From Eledone cirrhosa (lineage: Eukaryota): DNA of 64,000 nucleotides. Shown here in pieces: positions 63,899 to 64,000 of this stretch; positions within the stretch are counted from its first letter, which is position 1, and every line of letters starts with the position of its first letter. The notes beneath the pieces were generated by a model. It ran no database searches and was not told the DNA's origin. It worked only from the letters and a program-made list of their open reading frames with translations. The DNA is taken from assembly GCA_964016885.1 (NCBI GenBank), contig OZ024741.1:128836001-128900000 (forward strand), written 5' to 3'. Position numbers and translations under genes: made by a program.

Positions 63899-64000
63899 GT
63901 ATGTATGCATGTATGTATGTATGTCGGGTCACTCTTGAGTGCTACTGGTAACATGTAACCCAGTACAACCTGTCGCATGGTTGGGTCGTCGGTAACTAAA

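Overview
AT-rich, microsatellite- and transposon-dense eukaryotic genomic DNA. The SINE/LINE repertoire suggests a coleoid cephalopod, most likely Octopus (inference). Two host genes are present. The first is the last 13 coding exons of a RECK orthologue on + (310-18677; all GT-AG, phases compatible, ending in a GPI-signal-like tail). The second is an intronless VMA21 on - (33905-34198). The rest is mobile DNA: tRNA-derived SINEs, RTE LINEs (some with an internal PHD-like finger, others with three C-terminal C2H2 fingers), a Penelope-like RT/GIY-YIG element, a Tx1/L1-like relic, CRE-like endonuclease fragments, Tc1/mariner, pogo, hAT and piggyBac MITEs, and a ~5.3 kb head-to-tail Helitron array. 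The most striking unannotated signal is about ten minimal type-I hammerhead ribozyme motifs from several Penelope-type repeat families. Two of them lie in sense orientation inside RECK introns, the gene that carries the ultraconserved intronic hammerhead HH9 in amniotes. Another sits in a ~570-bp foldback element that inserts into (TA)n. All calls were made by eye; TE boundaries are approximate.
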